Positions 35,220-47,510 of a stretch of DNA of 61,665 bases are shown here, in pieces. The translations under genes were made by a program, and so were the position numbers. Position 1 is the stretch's first letter, and each line of letters starts with the position of its first letter. The notes below the pieces were generated by a model. The model ran no database searches and had not been told where the DNA came from. It worked only from the letters and a program-made list of their open reading frames with translations. The DNA is from Octopus bimaculoides (taxonomy: Eukaryota). The stretch lies in NCBI RefSeq assembly GCF_001194135.2, contig NC_068984.1, positions 101,885,625 to 101,947,289 of the forward strand, in the 5' to 3' direction.

Positions 35220-36196
35220 GGTAACGCTTTCACGTTATCAGAGTAAAAGAGGGGAAAAGAAAAGAGGGAGAGAGAAAAAGAGGGAAAGAGAAAAAGAGGA
35301 AGGGTGAGAAAGTCGGAGAGAGAAGCGTCCGTGCCGTGAGGTAGAGGGAATGTAATCATAAGGCCTTTGCGAGATTAGTTGAAAGGAAAGAAAGGAGAAA
35401 GACAGGTAGAAAGAAAAAGAAGATAAGGCGAAAAGTGAGACAGAAAGAGGGAGAGAGAAATGTCTATGACGTGAGGTAGGGAGAACGTAATATGCATTAC
35501 GTGGTTAAAAAGTTAAAGGTAGAGGGGGAGAGTTAAAAATTTAATTTTAGCAGAGGGGTGATGTTCTGATGGTGAGGTTAAAGAAAGGCAGAGAGAGAGA
35601 NNNNNNNNNNNNNNNNNNNNNNNNNNNNNNNNNNNNNNNNNNNNNNNNNNNNNNNNNNNNNGTGGTGGAGGTGGTGGTGGTAGTGATGGAGGTGGTGGAG
35701 GTGGTGGTAGAGCCGGTGGTGGTGGAGGTGGCGGTGGTGATTGGATAATGTAAAGTGCATTTTTTCTTAATTGATTTAATTTCTTTCATATCACTTATCA
35801 CTTAACGCATGTGCATTAGTACAATTCCATGAAATATTCACGCTTATTTACGTGCTAGATATATGCAATTTAACTAAAGGTTGTATCATATGTGCGGGAT
35901 ATATATATATTTTTGTTTGTTTATGGGAAAAATGGAAAAATAAGAGTGAATATTTTATGAGTGGTGTGTATTAAGTCGATAAAATTGGGCATAAAGTATA
36001 CAAAGTGTATATATAAAGTGCATTAAGTAATCATCGTATTCCAATTTCTTTCGCTTTTCAATGAGTAGTAGATGAACGACTATCTTTCCATACAAACACA
36101 ACACAAGCTACGCTTTGGGGTGTTTTGGATAAAGATTTCAGAAATGACCCAATAGGTTTACCATTAATTCCGTGAAATATTCATGGGTCCCGCTAG
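35220..36196 (+). mobile_element. Non-autonomous Helitron (copy 1)
   Basis: Hairpin ccgtgaa-ata-ttcatgg (36170-36186), CTAG|T at 36193-36197. ~450 bp homologous to 61170-61612. The 5' limit is estimated from the purine-rich tract. Confidence 0.7.
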
Positions 36197-36256
36197 TATA
36201 TATCTATCTATCTATATATATATATATATATATATATTTATACATATAGATATATA

Positions 36257-36434
36257 CAAGGGGGGGGGGGTATCAAAAGGTCCCCGGACTAGTTACGTTT
36301 AATAAAAAATAACTTATTTACCTAAGTACAGCGATACACCGTTTCTAGCATTTCTTCCACTTTTGGAATCTGGCCTGGAAGTCGTTTTCCGTAAGCGAGT
36401 CGAGGACCTTCTGAGATTCGCTCTGGGTCTCGAC
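36257..36434 (-). mobile_element. mariner transposon, terminal fragment (rest in gap)
   Basis: TA|CAAGGGGG..TATCAAAAGG..CCGGACTAG TIR-like end. Minus translation ETQSESQKVLDSLTENDFQARFQKWKKC*KRCIAV matches a mariner transposase C-terminus. Confidence 0.75.
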
Positions 36435-37606
36435 NNNNNNNNNNNNNNNNNNNNNNNNNNNNNNNNNNNNNNNNNNNNNNNNNNNNNNNNNNNNNNNNNN
36501 NNNNNNNNNNNNNNNNNNNNNNNNNNNNNNNNNNNNNNNNNNNNNNNNNNNNNNNNNNNNNNNNNNNNNNNNNNNNNNNNNNNNNNNNNNNNNNNNNNNN
36601 NNNNNNNNNNNNNNNNNNNNNNNNNNNNNNNNNNNNNNNNNNNNNNNNNNNNNNNNNNNNNNNNNNNNNNNNNNNNNNNNNNNNNNNNNNNNNNNNNNNN
36701 NNNNNNNNNNNNNNNNNNNNNNNNNNNNNNNNNNNNNNNNNNNNNNNNNNNNNNNNNNNNNNNNNNNNNNNNNNNNNNNNNNNNNNNNNNNNNNNNNNNN
36801 NNNNNNNNNNNNNNNNNNNNNNNNNNNNNNNNNNNNNNNNNNNNNNNNNNNNNNNNNNNNNNNNNNNNNNNNNNNNNNNNNNNNNNNNNNNNNNNNNNNN
36901 NNNNNNNNNNNNNNNNNNNNNNNNNNNNNNNNNNNNNNNNNNNNNNNNNNNNNNNNNNNNNNNNNNNNNNNNNNNNNNNNNNNNNNNNNNNNNNNNNNNN
37001 NNNNNNNNNNNNNNNNNNNNNNNNNNNNNNNNNNNNNNNNNNNNGTGTATATACTTTTCCCCTTATTTTATAAGCTATATTTTGTGCTCCATGTAAATTT
37101 TCCCAAGCTTAACTGTGCTTATTTAGCACTACTTCCCTCTATATAATATATAAATGCATAATTTACTTGAGGTATTCACACTGAAATTTACCATATTAAT
37201 CTCATCTACGGGCATCAGCTATCAGACAAGACAATCATCTGGAGATTGATTCTTTTATCAAACAAATGTTTGAAAATCCACAAATATGCATAGAGTTCGT
37301 GTAATGACAAACAAGAGGAATAGAGTAGCAGTCATTGACTACTTCAATTTACAATTGTTTCGTCTGAATTCAATTTTATCATTCTTGAAATATTATGTGA
37401 TAATACATGCGACTATTGATTATTTTCCATGTGTTATTCCAGTAACACATGTCCAAATCAGAATATTCGGAATTAAGTATAAAAAATAATTTGTAAGATT
37501 GATAATATTGAATTCAGATGAAATGATAGTGACTTTAAGTAGTAAATGACTTGTTCACTCCAATCTTCTTGTTTGCCATTATAAAAACGAATTCTCTCTC
37601 CCCCCC

Positions 37607-37629
<23 letters not shown>

Positions 37630-37651
<22 letters not shown>

Positions 37652-37860
37652 GGTTCAAAAAAGGAAAAAGACAAGAAAACAACAACAAAAAACAACATGA
37701 GGACGTGATACAGATTATGTTACAAGACGCTCGGGAAAGGAAAGAGAGAGAATATGAAGTTTCGAGCGGAGCTCTTCGTCGGAAACAAGGAAAGTCCAAA
37801 GAAGGGAAAAACGGAGGAACAAAAAATCGCCACCGATGTCCACGAGGTTACATATATATA
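37630..37860 (-). mobile_element. Penelope-like terminal repeat fragment
   Basis: Between (TA)n tracts. Minus CCGACGA AGAGC tcc GCTC GAAAC and cccgagcg as in 27330-27580. Confidence 0.45.
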
Positions 37861-38755
37861 TATATATANNNNNNNNNNNNNNNNNNNNNNNNNNNNNNNN
37901 NNNNNNNNNNNNNNNNNNNNNNNNNNNNNNNNNNNNNNNNNNNNNNNNNNNNNNNNNNNNNNNNNNNNNNNNNNNNNNNNNNNNNNNNNNNNNNNNNNNN
38001 NNNNNNNNNNNNNNNNNNNNNNNNNNNNNNNNNNNNNNNNNNNNNNNNNNNNNNNNNNNNNNNNNNNNNNNNNNNNNNNNNNNNNNNNNNNNNNNNNNNN
38101 NNNNNNNNNNNNNNNNNNNNNNNNNNNNNNNNNNNNNNNNNNNNNNNNNNNNNNNNNNNNNNNNNNNNNNNNNNNNNNNNNNNNNNNNNNNNNNNNNNNN
38201 NNNNNNNNNNNNNNNNNNNNNNNNNNNNNNNNNNNNNNNNNNNNNNNNNNNNNNNNNNNNNNNNNNNNNNNNNNNNNNNNNNNNNNNNNNNNNNNNNNNN
38301 NNNNNNNNNNNNNNNNNNNNNNNNNNNNNNNNNNNNNNNNNNNNNNNNNNNNNNNNNNNNNNNNNNNNNNNNNNNNNNNNNNNNNNNNNNNNNNNNNNNN
38401 NNNNNNNNNNNNNNNNNNNNNNNNNNNNNNNNNNNNNNNNNNNNNNNNNNNNNNNNNNNNNNNNNNNNNNNNNNNNNNNNNNNNNNNNNNNNNNNNNNNN
38501 NNNNNNNNNNNNNNNNNNNNNNNNNNNNNNNNNNNNNNNNNNNNNNNNNNNNNNNNNNNNNNNNNNNNNNNNNNNNNNNNNNNNNNNNNNNNNNNNNNNN
38601 NNNNNNNNNNGGAAGAGGAAGAGAGAAATATGTATAGCAGTAAAGGGTAGAGGCAAGGACAGCAAAAGGAAGCAGAGCGGGAGAGGAAAATAGGTAAGAA
38701 GATAGATAGGTATAGATAGATAGATAGGTATAGATAGATAGATAGATAGATAGGT

Positions 38756-38808
<53 letters not shown>

Positions 38809-39224
38809 AGAGTCGCGTCAGAAATATAAAGTTGAAACTTACTTGCAAATGGACGCGTGCGTTCGATGACATAATAAATACAAATGATATATAAGCATAT
38901 GCATGTATACATACATATATGTACATACCTACATGTATATATATCACACACGGTAGTGTGTAAATACAAGCAAAAATATTCAGTATAAAAAAGTACTGTG
39001 GTAAAAACCAGCGAAAAAAAAAATGGTGATTAACACCTGAAATTGACTTTGACTCCAAATATTATTCTTACTTCAGAAGAAACTATATTTAAATTCAGCA
39101 TTTCTAATAGAACTCCTCCAGAGGAATCCGATGATGCCAATTATATTTTTAAAATATTTTTTTAATAAAAAATTACTGGGGCTAACTGTATCGAAAAAGT
39201 GGTAACGCCTAAAATCAAATTCAA

Positions 39225-39945
39225 AACCTCTTTTACTCTTTTACTTGTTTCAGTCATTTGACTGCTGCCATGCTGGAGCACCGCCTTTAGTCGAAGAAAT
39301 CGACCCCAGGACTTATTCTTTGTAAGCCTAGTGCTTATTCTATCGGTCCTTTTGCCGAACCAGTAAGTGACGGGTACGTAAACGCACCAGCNNNNNNNNN
39401 NNNNNNNNNNNNNNNNNNNNNNNNNNNNNNNNNNNNNNNNNNNNNNNNNNNNNNNNNNNNNNNNNNNNNNNNNNNNNNNNNNNNNNNNNNNNNNNNNNNN
39501 NNNNNNNNNNNNNNNNNNNNNNNNNNNNNNNNNNNNNNNNNNNNNNNNNNNNNNNNNNNNNNNNNNNNNNNNNNNNNNNNNNNNNNNNNNNNNNNNNNNN
39601 NNNNNNNNNNNNNNNNNNNNNNNNNNNNNNNNNNNNNNNNNNNNNNNNNNNNNNNNNNNNNNNNNNNNNNNNNNNNNNNNNNNNNNNNNNNNNNNNNNNN
39701 NNNNNNNNNNNNNNNNNNNNNNNNNNNNNNNNNNNNNNNNNNNNNNNNNNNNNNNNNNNNNNNNNNNNNNNNNNNNNNNNNNNNNNNNNNNNNNNNNNNA
39801 TATATATACGACAGGCTTCTTTCAGTTTCCGTCTACCAAATCCTCTCACAAGGCTTTGGTCGGCCCGGGGCTATAGTAGAAGACACTTGCCCAAGGTGCC
39901 ACGCAGTGGGACTGAACCCAGAACCATGTGGTTGGTAAGCAACCT
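39225..39945 (-). mobile_element. SINE family A (gap inside, head truncated)
   Basis: Matches 1651-2099 on both sides of the N gap. Confidence 0.85.
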
Positions 39946-40980
39946 ACTTTATTTCAATATCAATAAATTTCGCCATTAACGGCATTACATAGAGGGGACA
40001 GACAAAGACAGACAGACAGACATAAAGTAGCTGCGGTCTGGACATGGACATTAATGAGATGAGGGTGATAAGGATGAAACAAATAATGAGAGAGGCACGA
40101 GCGCCCGCCGACTGATAACCCCTCGAAAACATTGTTCTCTCCCCCCTCCACGTTTAAAATTACAATTTTTACACAATTTCAATATATAAACAATTAAAAA
40201 TATCATAATTTTCATCATTCCACCCTTCCGCAAGCAGATATGCTGCTCCTGCCAAACAAGGGTCTATTGTTAGGCTTGAGTTTGCGGAGAGGTAGAAGAA
40301 ATCTTTGTAGTTATATTTTTCTATGAGTTTTGTCATTATGTTGTCACTTATAACCTCCGCAGTCACCTGCGAAGGCCATGTGGAACTACTCGCACATTCC
40401 GAGTAGCTCCTATCTTGGCCGCACTCGCGGTCCAAGAATTCATTCACCACCCCTCCCTCACAGTACAGGATAACATAATCATTATCCTCACTGGGAGGGA
40501 CGTCACTCCACTCTGTCATCGGCACAATTCCCGCTGGCAGAGTTTTCCTCTCCGGGGGCACACTTTCTTTACCCTGCTTTTTTTCCGGCAGAGCAAGACT
40601 ACTTTTTTTAATGGGTGTCTGCTCCTGAGTCACTTTCGTGTCTCGGCGACAATCCTTTTTTCAAATGACCAGGCTCCAGGCATCCGTGACATTTCGGAAG
40701 TCGTCCTTCAAGAATTACAGGATACCTAGAACCTGCCATGGTCAAGCAGTCTGGAAAGACCACACTGTCATCGTCTAACTGGGTCCACAACGTTAATATG
40801 GCCTTAGCCCCAACCCAGTCAGCAGATGGCAACAATTTTACATTTAACAATTTAGTGTCTTGGATGGTTTCGGCCAACCAACTTTCTTTTAAACCCGGTG
40901 GCAACCCGCAACCAAATGCCCGCTTACAGACACACTTAAAAAGGAAGGAAGCGGGCTGTGACAAAGTATAGAAAACCACG
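39946..40980 (-). mobile_element. LINE-like element carrying ORF1 only (gag-like zinc knuckle)
   Basis: YPVILEGRLPKCHGCLEPGHLKK (CX2CX4H knuckle), then a frameshifted C-terminal ORF (40169-40633), a short UTR and AATAAA on minus at ~39946-39951. Confidence 0.55.
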
Positions 40981-41492
40981 TTCGCTACAGATTGTGCTAC
41001 TCATACATATAAATGTATACATATGCACACACTCGCGCGCGCACACACTCACACAGGGTTGAAGCACGGTTTGATTTTTTTCACCTTTTTGTAACCTCTT
41101 ACATACTANNNNNNNNNNNNNNNNNNNNNNNNNNNNNNNNNNNNNNNNNNNNNNNNNNNNNNNNNNNNNNNNNNNNNNNNNNNNNNNNNNNNNNNNNNNN
41201 NNNNNNNNNNNNNNNNNNNNNNNNNNNNNNNNNNNNNNNNNNNNNNNNNNNNNNNNNNNNNNNNNNNNNNNNNNNNNNNNNNNNNNNNNNNNNNNNNNNN
41301 NNNNNNNNNNNNNNNNNNNNNNNNNNNNNNNNNNNNNNNNNNNNNNNNNNNNNNNNNNNNNNNNNNNNNNNNNNNNNNNNNNNNNNNNNNNNNNNNNNNN
41401 NNNNNNNNNNNNNNNNNNNNNNNNNNNNNNNNNNNNNNNNNNGATGCAATTTATTCTTCAACTGGGAAATCAATTCTGAATTCATGATACAA

Positions 41493-41565
<73 letters not shown>

Positions 41566-41641
41566 TTACAATAATAAACGGAAATAGAAAATTTACCACT
41601 TTTATGAAGGGAGATAAATTTATCACATATGTTGAAGGAAA

Positions 41642-42620
41642 TTACGTAAGAGCTTCTAGGTAAGCAACATTTTTTGTTTTCTGGTTTGGGGCATAGACAA
41701 ATAAGTCTTGCAAACTACCAGCCCTGGAGCAACAAACAAACTGACCATGAGAAAAACAAGGCTCAATAAAGTGCAGGCCAGTAGATTTCAAAGTCTGACC
41801 TTGAGCTTTATTAATAGACATCGCGAAGCAAAGTCGCACAGAGAGTTGTGTTCGTTTGAATTCAAATGGCATGTCTGTTGGTTTGATTGGAATTCTTGGA
41901 ATGAAAACCTCTTCCCCAGAGGCACATCCAGTGATGATGGTAGCTTCTATCACATTAGGTGATAATGTCTTCACAATCAACCTTGTCTCATTGCATAATT
42001 TAGGACGATCTAAGTTTCTTAGAAGCGTTATTAGGACTCCTATCTCCAAAAACGTTTATGTGGAGGAGTTCCAGTTGACTCAAGAGAATTAAGGAACTCT
42101 GTTGGTGAATGGACAGCTTGATTTTCATCAAGGACTGAATCAACTGATATGCACTCCATAATGACTGTTGGAATCTTATTCATTAATCCATGGTTAATCT
42201 TTGCTACTGTCTCATTTTTTGGAGCAAGAATTGCCCTTTCACACAACCATTTATGTGAATTATAATTATTACTTAAGTCTAGAAATACCCTGTTCTTCAA
42301 TTCAGCTTGGGAGTTCACCATGATAACAAAATGAACCAAATTTATATCATCATTCCCATCAATGGTACTTCCCCATTTCCTAATTGGAGGAGCCAGGTTG
42401 AAAACTGTTCTGCACATTGGTCCCCATGTAACAAAGCTCACTCGTTAGTATTGAAGGAGAATTTCTGTACTTTATTCCATAGGTGTGAAGACTTAATGCA
42501 TGCTTTTATTTCATCAGATCTTGTTCTTCTCGGAACGACTGGTGATGTCTGCCTGAAGCCTCCTGATAAAACGAATGTAACCCCCCCCCCCACTAGATTT
42601 ATTGTTGCCTCTTATGTTCT
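41642..42620 (-). pseudogene. Helitron Pif1 helicase, motif III to C-terminus
   Basis: GGVTFVLSGGFRQTSPVVPRRTRSDEIKACIKSS, RAILAPKNETV, LLRNLDRPKLCNETRL, FAMSINKAQGQTL, FSHGQ. Confidence 0.9.
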
Positions 42621-43382
42621 TCTCTTATAATGTTGCTACCAAAGGAGGTCATTTGGAATGCAGATTTATTATTCCTGATGTTTTTCAAGAAGTGCATGCT
42701 CCTTGGTGTGTTTCCCAAAAGCAATGCCTTCAAAGTATGTGTGGGTGTACCAAAAGTCGGTAAAACAACCGTTCCTCCACCACAACACATAGTGGTGGTT
42801 TCTCTTTCCCATTTCTTACCTTTTAAAAAAATAAACTGCACTCTTTTGACATTGCTCCAATATCAGTCAATTTCTTTGTAGAATAATCATGTTTTGGATC
42901 ATAGTTGAAAGCTGATCTTTTCCAAGTCCCCTTAAAAGTGCAACTCTTTTGTCAAACGTATTCAGCCTATCGTGATCAACATACTTACGTCTTTCCTCTG
43001 AGGATTGGTGAAGTCTTGCAGTAACTGTTTGCTCCTGGTTTTTTTCTTTGTCTCATCTCTCACTGACATTTTGTCTCATTGGCAACTCTGGTAGCTTGTC
43101 TTTGCTTTGCATCCTTTAAATGTTTTTCTCTTTCCTTTTTTGACTCCTGGCTCTTGTGGATTGTATTTTGTTGACGTAATTGTTCTAACCGTTTTCCCTT
43201 GTCTCTTGTGACTCATTGGCCCTGCATGCAGCAGCCCTCCTTCGGTCGTTTTCATGTCTCTGCTGTCGTTGTGCAGAGATTTCTAGTGACCTTACTCTGG
43301 CTACCTGTACTCGTCTTTGCTTCACTGTAGAATACTGACTATCTACATCAATCCCATCTGCATTTGTAGAGAGCGAGAACAT
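42621..43382 (-). pseudogene. Helitron RepHel N-terminal region
   Basis: R/E/Q-rich start, AFNYDPKHDY, IGAMSKEC, KWERETTTMCCGGG, KNIRNNKSAFQMTSFG. Confidence 0.8.
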
Positions 43383-44177
43383 TTTTCTCGAGTGAACGTT
43401 ACATGAATATCTTCACAAGAGTGACTGAAATAAATGGCAAATGTGGAACGCCGCACGCACACACAAATACATACAGTATCAAACATTAGCGTCTCTTTCC
43501 CGCTTTCCCCCTCTCTTTGTGCCGGCTTTCTTTCACCTCCACGTATAGAACATACGTACAATATCAAACATCAGCGTCTCTCTGTCTCCCACTATCCCTC
43601 TCTCTTTCAACTTCTCCTATAGAAACTTGTTTTCTCTCTCTATTTCTTTCTCTCTTCTCTCTGTCTTTTTCTCATTCTATATTTCTCTCGCTCACACATT
43701 CTCTCTCACCTTGTGTAATAGTCCTCTTTTAGTCTATGACTGTTTCTTTCACTCACTCTCCCTTCCTCTCTCTCTCTATCTTTGTAACTTACTCACACAA
43801 ACCATCTACATTCCCCCCTCTATCGAAAAACGTTGTGACGAATGAGGAGATGGGGGAGGAGACGTAAAGAGCTACTTTCTCCACTTTGCTTCTCTGTTTC
43901 TTTCTCTCCCCTTTCATTCCGTCATTGGCATTATGCACAGACATACAAATGCACAGACATCTGCTAGAACATACATACAGTACGAAACATCAGCATCTTT
44001 CCCGCTATCCCTCTCTCTTTCACCTTCTCCAATAGAAACTTATTTTTTCTCTCTCTCTTTCTTTCTCTCTTCTCTCTGGTTTTTTTTTTCTTATTCTGGT
44101 TTCTCTTGATCACACAAATTCTCTCTCTCACCGTCTGTAATAGTTCCTCTCTTTTAGTCTATGTCCGTTTCTCTCAC

Positions 44178-44239
<62 letters not shown>

Positions 44240-44669
44240 TAACTCACTCACACACACTTTTTAGATTTATCCCTCTATCGAAAAACGCTGTGACGAATGA
44301 GGAGATGGAGGAGGAGAAGTAAAGAGCAGCTTCCTCACTTTGCTTTTATGTTCCTTTCTCTCCCCTCTCACTCCGTCATTGGCATTATACACAGATATAC
44401 AAATACACAGACATTTGCTAATATATAGATAATAGATGTGACGTCGTCGTCGTCGTCGTCGTATAAAATGTCGTTTACGATAGTTGACTTATAGAAAGAT
44501 TATAATGTTAAATTTTTATAATGCAAATATGTAAATGAAAACGAAATTTATTTGGTAGCCGAAAGATTACTGAATCTTTTGATACCCCATTCATCAAAAT
44601 CGGTAACTAAGTTTTCGAATGCATGAGGAACATACGTACGTACTCTCACACACACACAAACTCTGCTTT

Positions 44670-44745
<76 letters not shown>

Positions 44746-44787
44746 GCAGGCAGTCAGGCAGGCAGACAGACAGACAGGCAGGCAGAC

Positions 44788-44835
<48 letters not shown>

Positions 44836-45879
44836 CATAGCTTCATGATAACCAATTAATGTTGTTACGAAATAGTTTCATGCTGAAAGCAATCATGAAA
44901 CTATAATATAAAAGTAGTAATTGTGTACCCACACACACACTCACACACTCAATTATTTCTATTTCCCATTGATGATTTCATTATGGATCCATTTCTTACA
45001 CTCCTGCCTTTCCTTCTGTGTGTTGAACTGTGATTGGAGTTTTAAGTCTTCAGCTGAAAGTAATTTTACTTGAAGAAGGCATGAACGACGCAACAACCCA
45101 CTATCCATACCCTGTAAACTACTGGATTGTTGTGTTCTATCAATAGAAACCACTTGTCTCAGAGTGGAAAGTGAGCACAAACAGTCGAGTCACACCCGGA
45201 ATTATTACTTTACAATATCTTTAATGTGATACAAGTTCAAATACTGCAGGTTTTGCAACAATAAAATTAGAATGAGTTCTCTCAGTGATCCACTCACCTG
45301 ATTAATATGCCCTCTTTTACAAAATATTATCAATTTTTTGTAGCTCTTTCTCCCAATTCTTCTTCTTCTTCTTCTTCTTCTTCTTCTTCTTCTTCTTCTT
45401 CTTCTTCTTCTTCTTCTTCTTCTTCTTCTTCTGTCTCACATTTTCTATTTTCTCGGTGGTTGGACTAAAAGGCAAGCTTGCTCGTTACTTCAATAATGCG
45501 ATCACCTTTAGAGATTGTGTGGGTTTTTTTGTTTTAATTAATAATGTACTAGAAAGAGATTTTCCGGCTACGTATGTCATCATTACCATAATTTGAAAAT
45601 CTTAATTATAATTCTCTTTATCAAATTAAAAGGAACAAAAGTAAGAACAATCAAATAATTAGCATGACTAATTCCGTGATCCAATCACTGAGAAGAGGTC
45701 GACATTAACATCGATAGCTAATGTGAAATATGAAGCTAGTGCTTATTTGCATCCTGGTGCGCAGTCAGAGCTGTAACCTCTTTATGCCAAGTATTAGCCT
45801 CATATCGCAGATCCCGGATACTTAATGTAATCAAAATATTTAAAGGTTTATAATTGAAACATGTTTCAACAACTTGTTT

Positions 45880-46040
45880 CAAAGCGTGCACTGGTTTCCT
45901 CTCTTCGGCCTCTAACAATAAATTCCCATGTACTCCAAGGTTCCGTTATGTTTCACACTCTCTTCCATCTGTTCATTAACCGTCCACTCTCCAGGTCTTT
46001 TAACACAGATAATACCATCCTTCACAGTCTCTTAACAGGT
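45880..46040 (+). pseudogene. CR1/Jockey-like reverse transcriptase relic, part 1
   Basis: INSHVLQGSVMFHTLFHLFIN...TDNTILH corresponds to degenerate GVPQGSVL..LF..FIN and ADD motifs. Confidence 0.55.
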
Positions 46041-46044
46041 ATAA

Positions 46045-46450
46045 TCTACATGGCTGTGTGGTTAAGAAGCTTGCCTTAAAACTACGTGGTTTCGTGTTCA
46101 ATCCCACTGCGTGGAACTTTAGGCATGTGTCTCCTACTATAGCGTGATTTTAGTAGATGTAAACTGACAGGAAGCCCCTCGTGTACACACTCACACACAC
46201 ACACACATACACGCGCATACATATGTATGTATGTGTGCGTGCGCATGTGTCTTTGTGTCACCACTCATCGCTTGACACCAGCCTTAGCTTGTTTACGTCT
46301 CTGTAAATTATCATTTCGGCAAATGTGACCGATAGAATAAATGCCAGACTTTAAAAGAAGATACTGAGGTCAATGTGCTCGACTAAAACCTTTCAAGGCG
46401 GTGCCCCAGCGTGGCCGCAGTCTAATCACTGAAACAAATAAGAGATAAAA
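46045..46450 (+). mobile_element. SINE family A inserted in the RT relic
   Basis: catggctgtgtggttaagaagcttgc...ttcaatcccactgcg...cactgaaacaaataagagataa. Confidence 0.8.
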
Positions 46451-46479
46451 ATAATAATAACAGGCGCAACTTAAATATT

Positions 46480-46600
46480 TCAGATCAGAATCGTACTGTA
46501 TCAATCTACACTGATCTGGAAAGCATCATTCAACTGGGTCGACAACCTAAACTCCAACAGCAGCACTTGGACACACTTACTGGTCATATGAAAATCACGA
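46480..46600 (+). pseudogene. CR1/Jockey-like RT relic, part 2
   Basis: DLESIIQLGRQ resembles the DL..I..W..N helix that follows the ADD motif. Confidence 0.35.
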
Positions 46601-47510
46601 CTAAACATGAAACCTTCCTTTTATGATACGCACCGAACTAATAGTTCTCAATGTCGCTGAAAATACTATCCACTCAATATTTGAAAATCTTTCGTTATCC
46701 AATTATTTACAAAAATTTAATCCTCAAAACTTCACCCCGCATTACTTCAGCCCTAACCAACTTTCCACAAAGGTTATGCTCTATATTAGAACATGTTGGG
46801 TTGTCATATATATAATGTATATGTTAGGTTGTCATATATATAACTTAAATCAGTTGACGTTGTCCATGGTGTTCGAAATAAAATTTTTAAAAAAACGCAA
46901 AGGGAAGGTAAACTCGGGCAAACCAGCTTATTTGAATTTAAGAATGTTATACACAATGCAGACCGATTCTTTGAAAACCAATTGATGACTGCAACGGACT
47001 GTTTTCAGTCTTACTGGACCTCTGCAACAAAGTATATTCAGTTCAGTTGCCAGAAGTAGAACTGATTGATCAGTAAATACTGAAAAAGACGGAATATAGT
47101 AATGTTGATTACAGGTGTCTACAATATTGCTGAAGGATAATACCTCAGTAAGGTCTTATCTATGTAATATAGTAGGATAGAAAACTCCGATCAACTGAGA
47201 TTATCCATGTAATTAGTGGACAAAATCTTCCCCTAGGGATGATTAAAATCTGGATTCTGCTCACATATCAGAGACGGTACTGCTGCTGTGTGCAGAAGCA
47301 ACTGAGATGTATCCCAAAAGGCTCACCTAGCATATCCATCTCTTTTCTACTCGTCATCGCTATTATGTTTCCTATAATCCTGTATTAAAAATTCAGATTT
47401 TGTTAATCGTCATCAACATTACATCAAAACTACATTTTTTAACAATAATCTGAAGAAAATTTGAAATACTTCAAGTTACCGGAAGAAATTTAACAAAATA
47501 CAAAATCTTC

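Larger units (their letters stand above)
41106..44436 (-). mobile_element. Helitron C, internally deleted RepHel element
   Basis: 5' A|TC at 44437/44436 (tctattatctatat...); RepHel remnants. The 3' end is inferred from acata-CTA[gap] at 41106-41108. Confidence 0.8.

Noticed and set aside
46982-47066. C/D box snoRNA (TGATGA...CTGA)
   Set aside because: Imperfect C box, only a 3-bp terminal stem, no recognisable guide; expected by chance.
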